A stretch of DNA of 62,106 nt, filler included, from Choristocarpus tenellus KU-1152 (Eukaryota; Protista; Phaeophyceae): assembly GCA_964200185.2 (NCBI GenBank). It is 14 parts of 14 records of this genome, joined end to end, with 100 filler letters (N's around TTAATTAATTAA, not from the genome) between each part and the next. Parts side by side here need not be neighbours in the genome. Positions count along the whole stretch, not along the records: positions 13,448 to 16,263 come from CAXNAD020024501.1; positions 16,364 to 23,100 come from CAXNAD020007465.1; positions 23,201 to 28,819 come from CAXNAD020010231.1; 11 more parts are not named here. The stretch is one strand, 5' to 3'. Below the pieces are notes generated by a model. It saw only the letters and a program-made list of their open reading frames with translations, had not been told where the DNA came from and did no database searches. The position numbers were made by a program, and so were the translations under genes. Positions 13,448-25,042 of the stretch are shown piece after piece (position 1 is the stretch's first letter; the number at the start of each line of letters is the position of its first letter).

Positions 13448-15537
13448 CAAGGCATATGCACCATCTCCCTCCTCCATCTTTCGGCCGTCTCCCCCCCCCC
13501 CAACCCCCCAAATACTGGACTTGATGCTGCTCCTGGGCCGGGGGGAAGAGGTCACAGAACGATTCCATCCATCATCCTCCTCGGCATCAGCATCTTCACC
13601 TAGTTGCCCCTGGCCCCCACTCCCCACTGATGACGCAACCATCACGGGTGAGGGCATCATTGAAAGCGCTGCCATTGCTGCTGTGTTTGACTCCGTAGGA
13701 GTCGGGGTTTGGGGAAAGGCAGAGGCAGGGGTTTCCGAGCGCTTGCGTGGTCTTGCAGGCTCTTGGTACTCTCCTTTTGGATGTTTGCATGTATGGGTTT
13801 TGTATATTCGGAAGGGGAGGATTGACAGTGGTTGGGGTTACAGGGTAGGAGCAGCAGAGTCTGAACCACTTTCAACACACACAATTGTAATATATTTTGT
13901 TCTTCCTACTATTGGTACTAGAAGTGCAATTTTACTTGAACCTTACTTCGATTGTCCTTATCAGTATTATTTTTACTGCTGTCAGTGTGATGAGCACTTT
14001 CTAAAACATTGAGTTTCATTTGCCATTTACCACTACCACAAATAGATCAAGATTGAGATTAAATTATCAACAGAAAAAACAGTTGTGAGATAGGTCAAAG
14101 TACCAACGCCGTGCCACACACTCTGCTCAATCACATATTCACATATTCCCTTTAGATAATGTAGTGGTGTCATCCTTGACAATGGACAATAGTAATACCA
14201 GTACAACTATCGCAGTATCAACACCACATATGCACCCATCCATCCACCCATCCACCTGTCTGTTAATCTATCCATCTATCTCTATCTAAGCACTGATTCG
14301 AATCGTTCAGAGGTTCATAAATCATGCATACAACATGTAGCTGTCAGCCTGAGCACAGATGGTCAGCTAGTACACACGCAGGGGGGAGGGGGAACTTCAA
14401 TGCGAAGTAAAAGGGCGAGACCTAACAAAAGGCAACACACAAGCACATAGCCAACAACCCTGTCACGTTGTGGAGGGCTTGCTCAAAGTGAGGTAAGGGG
14501 TTGAGACCTAACAAAAGGCAACAAACACACATAGACACACACAGGCACATAACCAACAAACCTGTCACATTATGGAGGGCCCGTCCATTGCCATCCACCC
14601 TCAAACGAAGAGCTGCCCTGGTTCTAGCAAGGTCACACACAGAGCGTCGGAGATCGCTCTCCTCCTCGTCTGATGACTGCAATTTTCGGATGAGAGGTGG
14701 GCAGGTAGTGGGTACTTGATGTGTTTGGAGCCTTGACAATAATCTTTATATATATATATATATTTACTTTTTATAAAGATACAACTCTTCTTTTTCCAAA
14801 ACAAAAAACTCAAAAAGAGCCAAATGTAGTCAAGCACACTTCAAAGAAAAAAAAAACAGTTCAACTTTACATCCACAGTTTCACCGATTTTTTTTTACAA
14901 ATCGTGCAATAAAAAAAATTGCCAACAAGCACACGCAGCCTCTCCCTCCCTCCCCCCACCAGATATAAGGGGGACTGGTGCATATCGGTACAACGTTGTA
15001 AACTCATCCTGCTAACACACAGAAATATCGGAAACGGCATATACACAGTACTTTGCACCACCATTGCTTTTGTTTGTAACAGTCATACTATCCTGCTCAC
15101 TATCCTACTCACTCCATCAAATTCCATGCTCACTTCCCTGACAAACACCCCCTAAATCTCACCACCATTTAACTCTCCATGCTCACCTCCCGATCTGTAC
15201 AACCATCAATCTTCAGCTCTTCACCATCTCTCTCCCCCTCCCCCTCCCTTCTCCCTCCCCCTGTTCTGCTGCCCTCGTCCTCTTCCACGTTCCTCCCCAA
15301 CGCATCGACAATGTCATCATCAAGAGGTTTCTCCTCCCTACCATTCCTCCTTCCCCCAGAACCACCCCTAGAAATCTCGTCAACACTTTTTCTACCTTCC
15401 ACTTCCTCTTCCTCCTCCTCCTCCTCCTCCTCCTCCTCCTGCTTTGCATGACCTTCTTGGCCAAGGTCTTCCCCTTGGTCCTCATCCTCTGTATCCTTGT
15501 CAGTGGAGTTTCCTTCCTCCTCACCCTCACTAACCAC
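13448..15537 (-). CDS. Internal exons of an unknown acidic, low-complexity protein (partial gene)
   Basis: Exons 15537-15187 (Glu/Asp-rich), 14676-14562 and 13773-13448 (contig end) have AG/GT boundaries and splice in frame (phases 0 and 1): ...DGCTDRE|SSDEEESDLRR...HNVT|GEYQEPARPRKRSETP... Confidence 0.6.
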
Positions 15538-16012
15538 CTTAATAGCGGAAGTGGACTTGAGGTGTTACCAAGGTAGAATTCTCTCACCACTTACACATAA
15601 CTGAGATAATTGACCCTTCTCTCACCTGGGGTGCACATACTTGCATATTGGTACGATCCTCTCCTCATTCCATGTCCTAAACTATATACATAAAATAAAA
15701 TCAAACGATAAAATCGGGGAGGGCTACTACATTCCACAAAAAAAAAAGAGACAGAGTCATGCACTTGCTAGCTAAATTTCCTTCGAAAGAAAAAGAATTT
15801 CCATTGATTTGAATTACAACAACAGAATTATTACTAACAAAAAAAACAAGGGCATTTCACCGCCCCAGCAATTAAAAATGGTCCCATCCATCGGCCGGAC
15901 TTGTTCCACAGTTTTCTGAAAAAAAGTATGGTCTATGTCTGCCGCCCAGACTGGGTCTAACATTCTCTAACATATCTGAACCAGGTCCTCTCAGTATTGT
16001 ACTTGTTCGTGC

Positions 16013-16210
16013 CAGCTGACTGGACCGGGTCCAACAGCTGACTGGACCGGGTCCAACAGCAGACTGGACCGGGTCCAACAGCAGACTGGACCGGGTCCAA
16101 CAGCTGACTGGACCGGGTCCAACAGCTGACTGGACCGGGTCCAACAGCAGACTGGACCGGGTCCAACAGCAGACTGGACCGGGTCCAACAGCTTACTGGA
16201 CCGGGTCCAA
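16013..16210. repeat. Tandem array, 9 x 22 bp CAGC(T/A)GACTGGACCGGGTCCAA
   Basis: Directly visible; each unit contains the palindrome TGGACC-G-GGTCCA. Confidence 0.97.
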
Positions 16211-16363
16211 CCCTGCCTAACATGTCTGGACCATCATGCCCACCGAGTACGCGCGTTGTGCTGNNNNNNNNNNNNNNNNNNNNNNNNNNNNNNNNNNNNN
16301 NNNNNNNTTAATTAATTAANNNNNNNNNNNNNNNNNNNNNNNNNNNNNNNNNNNNNNNNNNNN

Positions 16364-16432
16364 CAATTGTATCTGACCGCGCATTTATACATACAGTGTG
16401 TGTCGGCGATCCCAAAAAGGAACCTGTCCCTG
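16364..16432. mobile_element. End of a dispersed repeat with hAT-like CAGGGACAGG terminus (family C)
   Basis: Closely similar to 44593-44662; similarity stops exactly at CCTGTCCCTG. CAGGG is a typical hAT terminus. Confidence 0.7.
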
Positions 16433-16574
16433 ACATAGAAAATAATATTATAGATAATGGCCAAGATTGAACACCACACCAAAGTCATTTGTTTTTTTGG
16501 ACATACCTTCCACTCTGAAACCGTACCATTCGTCACTAAGTCCCGAAACAGGGACATCTATAGTGACGGCGAGA

Positions 16575-19500
16575 ATGTCACAGGACAAGCTTCTTCAGGC
16601 GGGAGGAATTGACTTTCCTGGTGTGGATAGCTTCAAAAACTCGAGCGAAGGTCAGTACAGAACTCTTTTGCCCCTGCTTGTTGAACCTTCACAATAATTG
16701 TGGCATCGCCACTTCATCACCACATAAAAATTACCGGGCATAAACATTCGAAAGACCCTTCCACTCTCATGTACCGGGCATTGATTCTTCTGACCTTAGC
16801 ACCTGCAGTCCTGGGTCTAGGGTCGGCACCCACAATCCGAGGTGGGGATGGCTTTGGAGGTCAGGAAGGAACGGGGTTCAGTTCCACTGGCATGGTTGGC
16901 AAGAGCATGATATCTATGCAGAGCAAAAGAACAGCGGAGAACATAAACCAAGTCTATGACCAGCAAATCCTTTTCACGAATAAAATACAGTTTGAGCGAG
17001 GTCGGATCGAGGACCTCGTCTTCCGCATCACTCGAGCGGAAAGGGAACTGGTGAGCCGTACTTTTCATTTTCCCTTAATCATTTGGAGGGACAAGAAAAG
17101 AGCAATCCTGACGTAGAGGGGAGTGTTGTCGAGTATTTGGGGTCCTTGCGACTACCTTCTGTTACAATTACTTCTAGCAATCTAGATAGTGACTTCGCCC
17201 TTCTGTGGATAACCTTTGTCTTCTCTTCTCTAGTCACAGCCTCCCAAGAGGGGTAGGTTAGCCGTAGGAATAGGAATTAATGATATGTTCGACAACAGAA
17301 GGTTTAAAAAGCCATAAATACCCGAAAGGGCTTAAACAGACCCTCGTATAAGATAAGATGACTCAGAAGAAGTGCATTTTTGTGACGCAATTGTAGCCAA
17401 GATATTGCATGTCCTAGAGTAGGACAAAGTAGATAATCACTTCGAGGATTCCGTTTCTGATTTCCATTCTATGTGCAGCAATGGTGTACCCCAGAGTAAT
17501 CAACGCCTCCGAAGACAGTAAGTAGACAGGCCCTTGTGAACTATAACTGAAACAGGAGGAGAAACGCAAACAGGTAGGACCAGATGCAACACAAGGCACC
17601 AAGGGGGGTGTAAGCATGACAGATAGGGAGATTAGCAAAACGGAAAATCGGTTGCAGCAGGTGAGTAGTAGGATAAGTCAAAAGGGTGAAAAGGAAGATT
17701 TCGCAGGAATGCAGCTTTGTGTCCCTACCGTCATTCCTCGCACCACCAACATTGCTTCAGATTTTGGCAATACTTCTGTGAATTTTGTTTACTATAACAT
17801 GGGGATCCTTTCAATTGAGGTGGATGGATACACTGCAACATTTTCCACATGGTAGGACACAACACTCGTCAAAAATTCAGTTGCGTATGATCTACCCTCC
17901 AGATTACTTGCTTACACACATGTTAGGTGCTCCTCTACAGGGAAGAGAAGGTCCATCCAATTCATTAATAGGGAGAACATGAGCTATAGTATATCAAGTA
18001 GTAAAAATATGTACTAGTAGTAGTAGTATGAAAAGAACTAGAGAGTTGATGGAGGTGCATTATCCTTGTATAAAGGAGTGTAAGGATGCTGGGTCAAATA
18101 CATTAGGGATGGAGAGGCCAGTACTTTGAAGTAGATCGAGCCAACTTGTATCACCCGTCTTGCCCAAAACTGAATACTCTGGGAGTCTACCTCCTTCTGA
18201 CCTCGCTCCTCAACTAACAAGCCCCGCGTGCTACTGAATCCCTGTGTTCTGTATTGATGAACAAAATAAACCTGTGAAAGGTCGGTGCAACAACAACATG
18301 GTGCCTTCACCAGCAATATCGATACAGGAAAGGTGTAGGTGTCTTGACTTACAAGCAATCATAGATTGCCCTGAAAGGGCAATATGAGCCAACACATGTG
18401 TGAATGGGTTGACAGATTCCTCTTTGGTTACATGGCACCACCTGAGAAAAATTGCAACAAGCTGGTGCAAGTTGATGTTTTAAGAAATAGAGTTAGATGT
18501 GTAGCATCCCTTGAAGGAACTTCATTGACCTAAGCACTGGAGAACAATGAAGTAGTGCAATTATTGAGTATTAGCAATGTGATTGTAAAAGGCCTCCAAG
18601 GCTAGAGGATAGTGCATGCCATCAAGAGAGTAGTGACCTCAATATAGGTCCTCCCCACATTGACAGACCCTGACTAAGGCCAGCACACTGGAGACTGCCA
18701 ATAACCAGAGAAAGGCAAATGTTGATAGCCTTCGGAGAGAGAAGATAACTGAGGTGAAGGCCAAGCAAGGACTTGAGGCAGAGCTACACAAGACCAAGAC
18801 CAGTTGCGCTGACATGATGCATCTCACTCAGCAGGTAGTTCACCTGGAAAATCATTTTCCTTGGGGAGGAATTTTGTTGGTGTTGGTTTGCAGGTCTGCA
18901 GGTCAAGTGTGCTCCTTGTCATTGGCGTATCTTCTCAGGCAATCAATCAACCACTGCTCACAGCTCCCATACTCCACGTAATTTGTTGTCCTCAACTGAC
19001 ACCCAATGTGTCAAGATCGTGAATAGATACAGCAGTAGCAATAGTAACAGCAAAAGAAAAAGTAAGGACAATTTGAGGGCTAGAATACTTGGTGTGAAAA
19101 AGCAACAATTACATCAATGGGATTTGCTACTTTATTTTTACTGCCATTTGGCATTTCACCTACCAGGATGCATTTGTGTGGCAACAATTTATATCCCCAA
19201 ACCTGGCCATGAGGTACCACTTTCGCGAAGAGACATTTTCTAATGTATCTTTTGCAATTAATCTACTAGTTTTTTATCCTCAAATCGGATAGCATTTATG
19301 GATAAAAAACTAACAGCTGAATTACAAAATATTTTTTATAGAATATCCCTGATTCAACCTGATTTACTATATATATAAATTATGGCAAAATTGCCTAAAC
19401 AATATAAATATCGAGCTAATGATGAATATAGATAAGTTTACAGCCGCAAGCAGATCTGTTCTGTCTAGATACTCTTCAGATCAAGAGTACTCCTATTGTT

Positions 19501-22500
19501 AGTGTACTAGACTTCACACAAAGGTAGATGCCTTGAAGCAATTCATCACACAATACGACTGTTCTTTCTCCAAAGAGTGCAGAAAGTGGTTGATAGTGAC
19601 TCGTGCAGAAAGCAGTCACCTGTTGCTTTAGTGGAATCACACCCTTGAGGCACCTCCGCACTTTGCATTGCACATACACACAACCATAACCATTGCCTGT
19701 CCACTATAGAGCCGCACTGTTCCACACCAAGGGGAGTTACCACACATTGAATATGATACTGCATTGACAGATGCACGACCACAAGGAGAAAAAGCGGCGA
19801 GACATAGAACTCCTCAAGCAGGAGGTCGTTAAGGATCTTGACAATTTTCAGGGTGAATTTCGGGGCATGACAGAGTCTCTAGCAGCAGCTAAGACAGACA
19901 CAAAAAAAAGTAACGCAAAGCTAGGTGCGTGAGATCTAGGGCAACTTGGTTCAGATATTGGTCAGGGAATCCAGGTACCCTATTTGTGACTTGGTGTGCG
20001 AGATCTGAATAGGGCGTGGTGGGTGTGATGGATTAAGAGGAAAAGGGAAGCTATACATCCAAAATACGAAGTATGAGCTGCAATATGCCATTTTTACCTC
20101 CTCATTGTGGAATCTGCACCCTCCGATGCCACCCCTGAAGTTGAGTTGGTGCACGTTATTGACCCCATGATGTTCCAAGTCTTCCTTTTCATATGCTATT
20201 GCAGAATGTCGGTTGATTTGTATCCTCTTCAACACCAAAAAATATTTTGACAAGTAGGAAGAAGTGTTATGGGCTTCTTCTTGGGGTCTCACTACCACCA
20301 TCCAAGGCTTTCGTGCACATTTGAAATATAGCTTGTGCCTCGGAGATTGTTTTGCAATACTGAAATCCCCACTGAGAGGTGGAAATTTTCACTTCTGTCT
20401 GTGTCAGTAAAGGATACAGAGGTGCTTTCGATAAAATCTGACTACCAAACTTGCATTCTGGAGTAGAGGGTAATTTGGCTTATCCATGGAGATGATCATT
20501 TGTGTCAAATAGTGGCAGTGTTGTACCTCAAAAATGAATTAGAGGGGAAATCTGTAGAGACACATATGCAGTTGCGGATGCCAAATTCCTCCCCAGTCTC
20601 TTACATTTGTGAACAAAAAGATCGACATTAACAGGCACCTCCTGAGGTATACACTACTAGATTTAACATTAACCTGATTGTCAGCAATAATATACATATA
20701 TATATATGTATGTAGTGTGATAGATAGATGGATAGATAGAAAGAGAGAGAGAGGGGTGGGGGGAGTGCATGCTAACCCTGTTGACCATCACCCGCTCAAG
20801 AATCGCTGGTTCGAATCCACTCCATGGGAGGCCCGGGGGACGGACCTTGTGGGGGAGGGAACGAGGTAGAGAGTGAAGGCAGCAGGAGCTTAGGAAGCGG
20901 TGGAGTTGGTGGTGGGATAGGGGGGAAAGGTCCATCTGTGAAGATTTCGTCATCCAAGAGTCTCCGCCAGCAGAATAATATGGCATACTGGCTGATTCTC
21001 AAGAAAAAGAACGATCTGCAGACCAAGTCATCCAGAACACAGGAGCTCAGGGTCATGCTTGAGAAAATCAGGTATTTAAATACCCCGTGCCTCAACCGGT
21101 CAACTTCTCAGCTGCTTTTGAGCAGGTTTGACTGGACATTGATATCAGTCAGTGTTTTTGATCTCTTGAACATGAAGGTACTGGTATCGATTGTCACATT
21201 TTCCATCTACCACATGCATGGTTTCAGTCATCTGTGCCGTAAGTAGAGGGCGACATATCGATACTTATTTTTCACCATGTATCTGGTGATGCCTGCCTTA
21301 ATATATCTGGATAACAAATCTTTGCAATGGATGCCTCTGGACAAGTGCGGCAACCGGTCTGGCAAACCTTGAAGATTTTGTGCCAGTGATGCTGGAAGCA
21401 GAAGATGAAAATTACAGCCTTTTCAAACTCATCAACGAGCTCAACAAAGAGGTAACAGTTCAACTCAAGACCGGCACAGATTGAATTGATTCATCTCACA
21501 CTCCTTGATTTAACTAATTGTCATCAACCTCAGAGTACATGGGCATGCAACAAGGGGAATCTTATACTCTCATTAGTAGTACAAGTCGGAGAGCACTCTC
21601 TCTGCTTCACTCCACCCACGACTATCACTGCCCATTCATTAAGCCAAGAACCCAGAGTCCAGCTTTTGTCTACAAAAAGTCTCTATCCCTTCTACCTCCT
21701 ATCACATTTCCCCTCTACTGGACATGGATCCTATGGCCACCTGTTCCTCTGACCCAAACCATCTTCTGATCCCCCCTCTCAAGAGATTTACTCCATATTG
21801 ACCAAATTGTGCCTGACCTACTGCACCCCTTACACGTGCCCCTCTTACAGCTTGAGGAATTGGAGCAGGATAAGAGTCGTCTACATGATGAGATAGAGCA
21901 GCTGAGCCAGGTTTGCTGTCACTTGTGTTATTATTATAACCCCTGGCAGATGAGTCATTGTGTTTCCCTGGTGCTGAGCTTTTTACCTACCATCTCTGCT
22001 CTCTGAAATGTTAGGCAATCAAATGTGGTATGACAGAGATGTCTGCATTCACATGCATGAAAATATCAAAACATAACATAAAAAGTCCATCTCATCAAAC
22101 ACCTTTAGCTTCTCCACAGTGAAATGTTTACCATGTGTCTTCCCATTGTGTTTAGACTGTTTAGATTGATTCTCGCCTCTTCTCTTTCTTGTTATAAGAT
22201 CATTTATCAACCTTGTTATGACCATCAGGTACTTACCTTACCCTCTCAACATGCCACCTCTGAAAAACTTAAAGTTTATCCCGTATATTCCTGGATCCAC
22301 TGTTGGTGATGCCCTGTATCCACACCCCTTCAGACTGGGAAGAAGAGCGACCAGCAAAAGGTTAAGGCTGGTTTGCAGGAACGAATTGACCGATCAAGGG
22401 TTAGTGCTGAAGGATATGATGGGGCGTACTGCCGAGACATCGAGGTCATAAAATCGATAGAGAACAGCCTCATGTCCGTGTTCAACAAGGTCAGCAACGG

Positions 22501-22923
22501 TTTTGATTTTGGTTTGCTTGACTAAGCGACTACCGCCAACTTTCCAGGGGTGTATTAAATATAATATATTCAATCTTCCTGCTGAACTTTCGGACGACAC
22601 AGATCTTTACCCTCTGCTAACCACCTGCACCTGATACTCCAAAGTATATGCTGAAGTAGGAAGTATTCACACCACTTCACCCCATAAATCATTGCCCAGC
22701 TCTAACCCAGATAAAGTCCTCCTAAAAACTCTGTGCTTCAGAAGCCTTACCTAGTCTCCCCGATAGGAATGTTTTTCATGCTTCATCTTTTCATCCCTTC
22801 TGCAAAAAGGTTGGGGCTAGCGATGAGGCACTGTCAAAACAGCTCATCTCCATGGGGGTCACAGATAGAAATATTATGCTCTTCCTGGGCCTGATCGAGC
22901 AGCAGATTGAGCATGTCGTTCAA
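16575..22923 (+). CDS. Outer dynein arm docking complex DC2/ODA1-like coiled-coil protein (CCDC114/ODAD1-CCDC63 family), 10 exons, 3' end truncated by contig end
   Basis: Exons 16575-16650, 16809 (or 16800)-17050, 17556-17660, 18667-18834, 19771-19924, 20801-21071, 21346-21451, 21851-21910, 22334-22489 and 22810-22923 are all GT-AG and phase-consistent. Family motifs appear in order: FTNKIQFERGRIEDL, ENRLQQ, VDSLRRE, ATGLANLEDFV..EAEDENYSLFKLINELNKE, GVTDRNIMLFLGLIEQ. Confidence 0.88.
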
Positions 22924-23248
22924 GTGAGCATGTTTCCCCTCACCATATCCCTGTTCATGACGGAATGTCTTTTATTCAACAACAAACTCTGGAACAGGAA
23001 GCAAGGGTTGTGGTCAGAGTTAGCAACATGTTTTGGTCACTTTATGAAATTATATTTTTATGCCAAATGTCTGGACATCAGGAGTGAGATGGGGGGGGGG
23101 NNNNNNNNNNNNNNNNNNNNNNNNNNNNNNNNNNNNNNNNNNNNTTAATTAATTAANNNNNNNNNNNNNNNNNNNNNNNNNNNNNNNNNNNNNNNNNNNN
23201 CTCATATGCACAACATAGATGGAATCCTCGCCTTTTTACAACGAGGCC

Positions 23249-23282
<34 letters not shown>

Positions 23283-25011
23283 GACTGTCTACTTGAGGAC
23301 CATTTTTCCATGCCACGATTTATGGGCGTTTTGGTTGCATGTGTTGGTGGGGGATAATGTATTTTATATGCCAGCATGTATCTAGCTTAGCATCCTTGTG
23401 CTCAGGAAGTATGGAAAAATACACGGTCATTGATTTGTGTTACAGTTATTTGTTTCGATTTGATGAAGTGAAGTTTAATGGTGTCAGTGATCTAAATACG
23501 ATTTGGTTGCGTGCGTCGGATTGATAATGCAATTTAGATACCCACATGCGACCTACGAATAGACCAGATCCTTCTCACTTATATTCCAGGGAGAATATGA
23601 CGAACCATCGCCTAGGGTATCCCTGTCGACTGTGCTATTGTGCAATGCGCTGCAGCAAGCAGAACACGACGAGAGAAGTCGTCACTGTTAAATAATATTT
23701 GTCTGAGGGAACACACACCTCTAGGCCACTTGACAATATTTTACAATACGAAAAGAACCCTTGTCCCACACAGAGAAACACTGACTGATACTGTTGAATT
23801 GAAAGAACTCCTGTAGTTTGTTGTGAACAGAATCCTGGAACTAAATAGTTTCCTTGTGGGGAAGGGCTTGTACAGGCGATTCTACCCAAGTGTTCGCTTG
23901 TTGTTCGAGCAGGAACACTCCCGCTATGGTCCCCATAAACATGTAAACTCTAGCAATAAATGTTCAGTAATGCACAGGCTACCAGCTCTAGCTGTAAGAC
24001 GTGACATCTTGGTCAGAATGTTGCCATGTAGAAAGTACGATCTTCCCTCGTGAGGAATCCTAATCCCCTTGTATTGGTGAAGGTACCCATCTCCCACGCA
24101 CAAACTGGTGTATTGCCAGGATGTATGGTACATGTGGCTATGGGTGATGCTACTTTTCCCCTCAGGCTTGTTGCCAGGCAGGAGGTACACCACTTCAACA
24201 ATCGAGCATATGACAATACCAAAATGGTGGCTAAACTCAATGCCCAGCATCCACAAAGGGATCTCTTCTCCTCTATGTTATTGGTAATGGTGGCCTAGTT
24301 AACTATCTGCACTCCCTCAAGCCCCCACGTTAAACTCTGCCCCCAAGCCAAGACACAGGCCATAGTATTGCGTTTGGTCAATAGTGGGGGCTTCATATGG
24401 TAACTGAGAGTACATCAACACTGGACCTGAAGCCTCAACCAAATGCCTTGGATTATGGGTTCGCTCGCATCAACTGGCAGGGCAGCCTCATGACCCTCAT
24501 CATATCCACCGTGTTTGAGTGTTCCCTTGATGAAATACAAACCATCTACACTCCGGAGTATATATATAATTCCCAGCGCCAACCTCATCTTGGGCCATCT
24601 ATTGAACGAGAACTTACCATGATCAGATGATTATTGCTTTGTGCTTAACTTCCTCCCCTACCCAGAGTATCCGCTCAGGCAAAGGAGATACCCCCTGATC
24701 GTTATACTGGCGAAACAGTTCGTCCACGTTTTGGTGTTGTTTATCACTTGACTTATCGCGTATCACAGCATTCGCCCCACATATCATACAACTGCTGGAG
24801 AGATCGCCACAGAGCCTAGTGTGAAGACCATTGTTTGGGTTGATCCACGCTTTTGCTCTGCTTGTGGATTCCAAACTTAATTGATGCACTAGAAGAAGCT
24901 CTCGATATCATCGGGATTCGAATTTATTTGTGAAGGTGTTTGGAGTGAGTTGCCTACTGGGATCTTGTCGAAATAGATGAACTGATCGTTTAAATGCGTG
25001 GTTTGCTACCA

Positions 25012-25042
<31 letters not shown>

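Noticed and set aside
16013-16210. CRISPR array or repeat-protein ORFs (15872-16223)
   Set aside because: There are no spacers, and the 22-bp unit is not a multiple of three; the ORFs are by-products of a stop-free repeat.
16700-17116. Secreted protein with signal peptide MYRALILLTLAPAVLG
   Set aside because: The hydrophobic stretch is the translated 3' end of intron 1; the rest is exon 2 of the DC2-like gene.
20805-20820. tRNA or SINE B-box GGTTCGAATCC
   Set aside because: No cloverleaf or A-box is visible and the motif lies inside coding exon 6 of the DC2-like gene.
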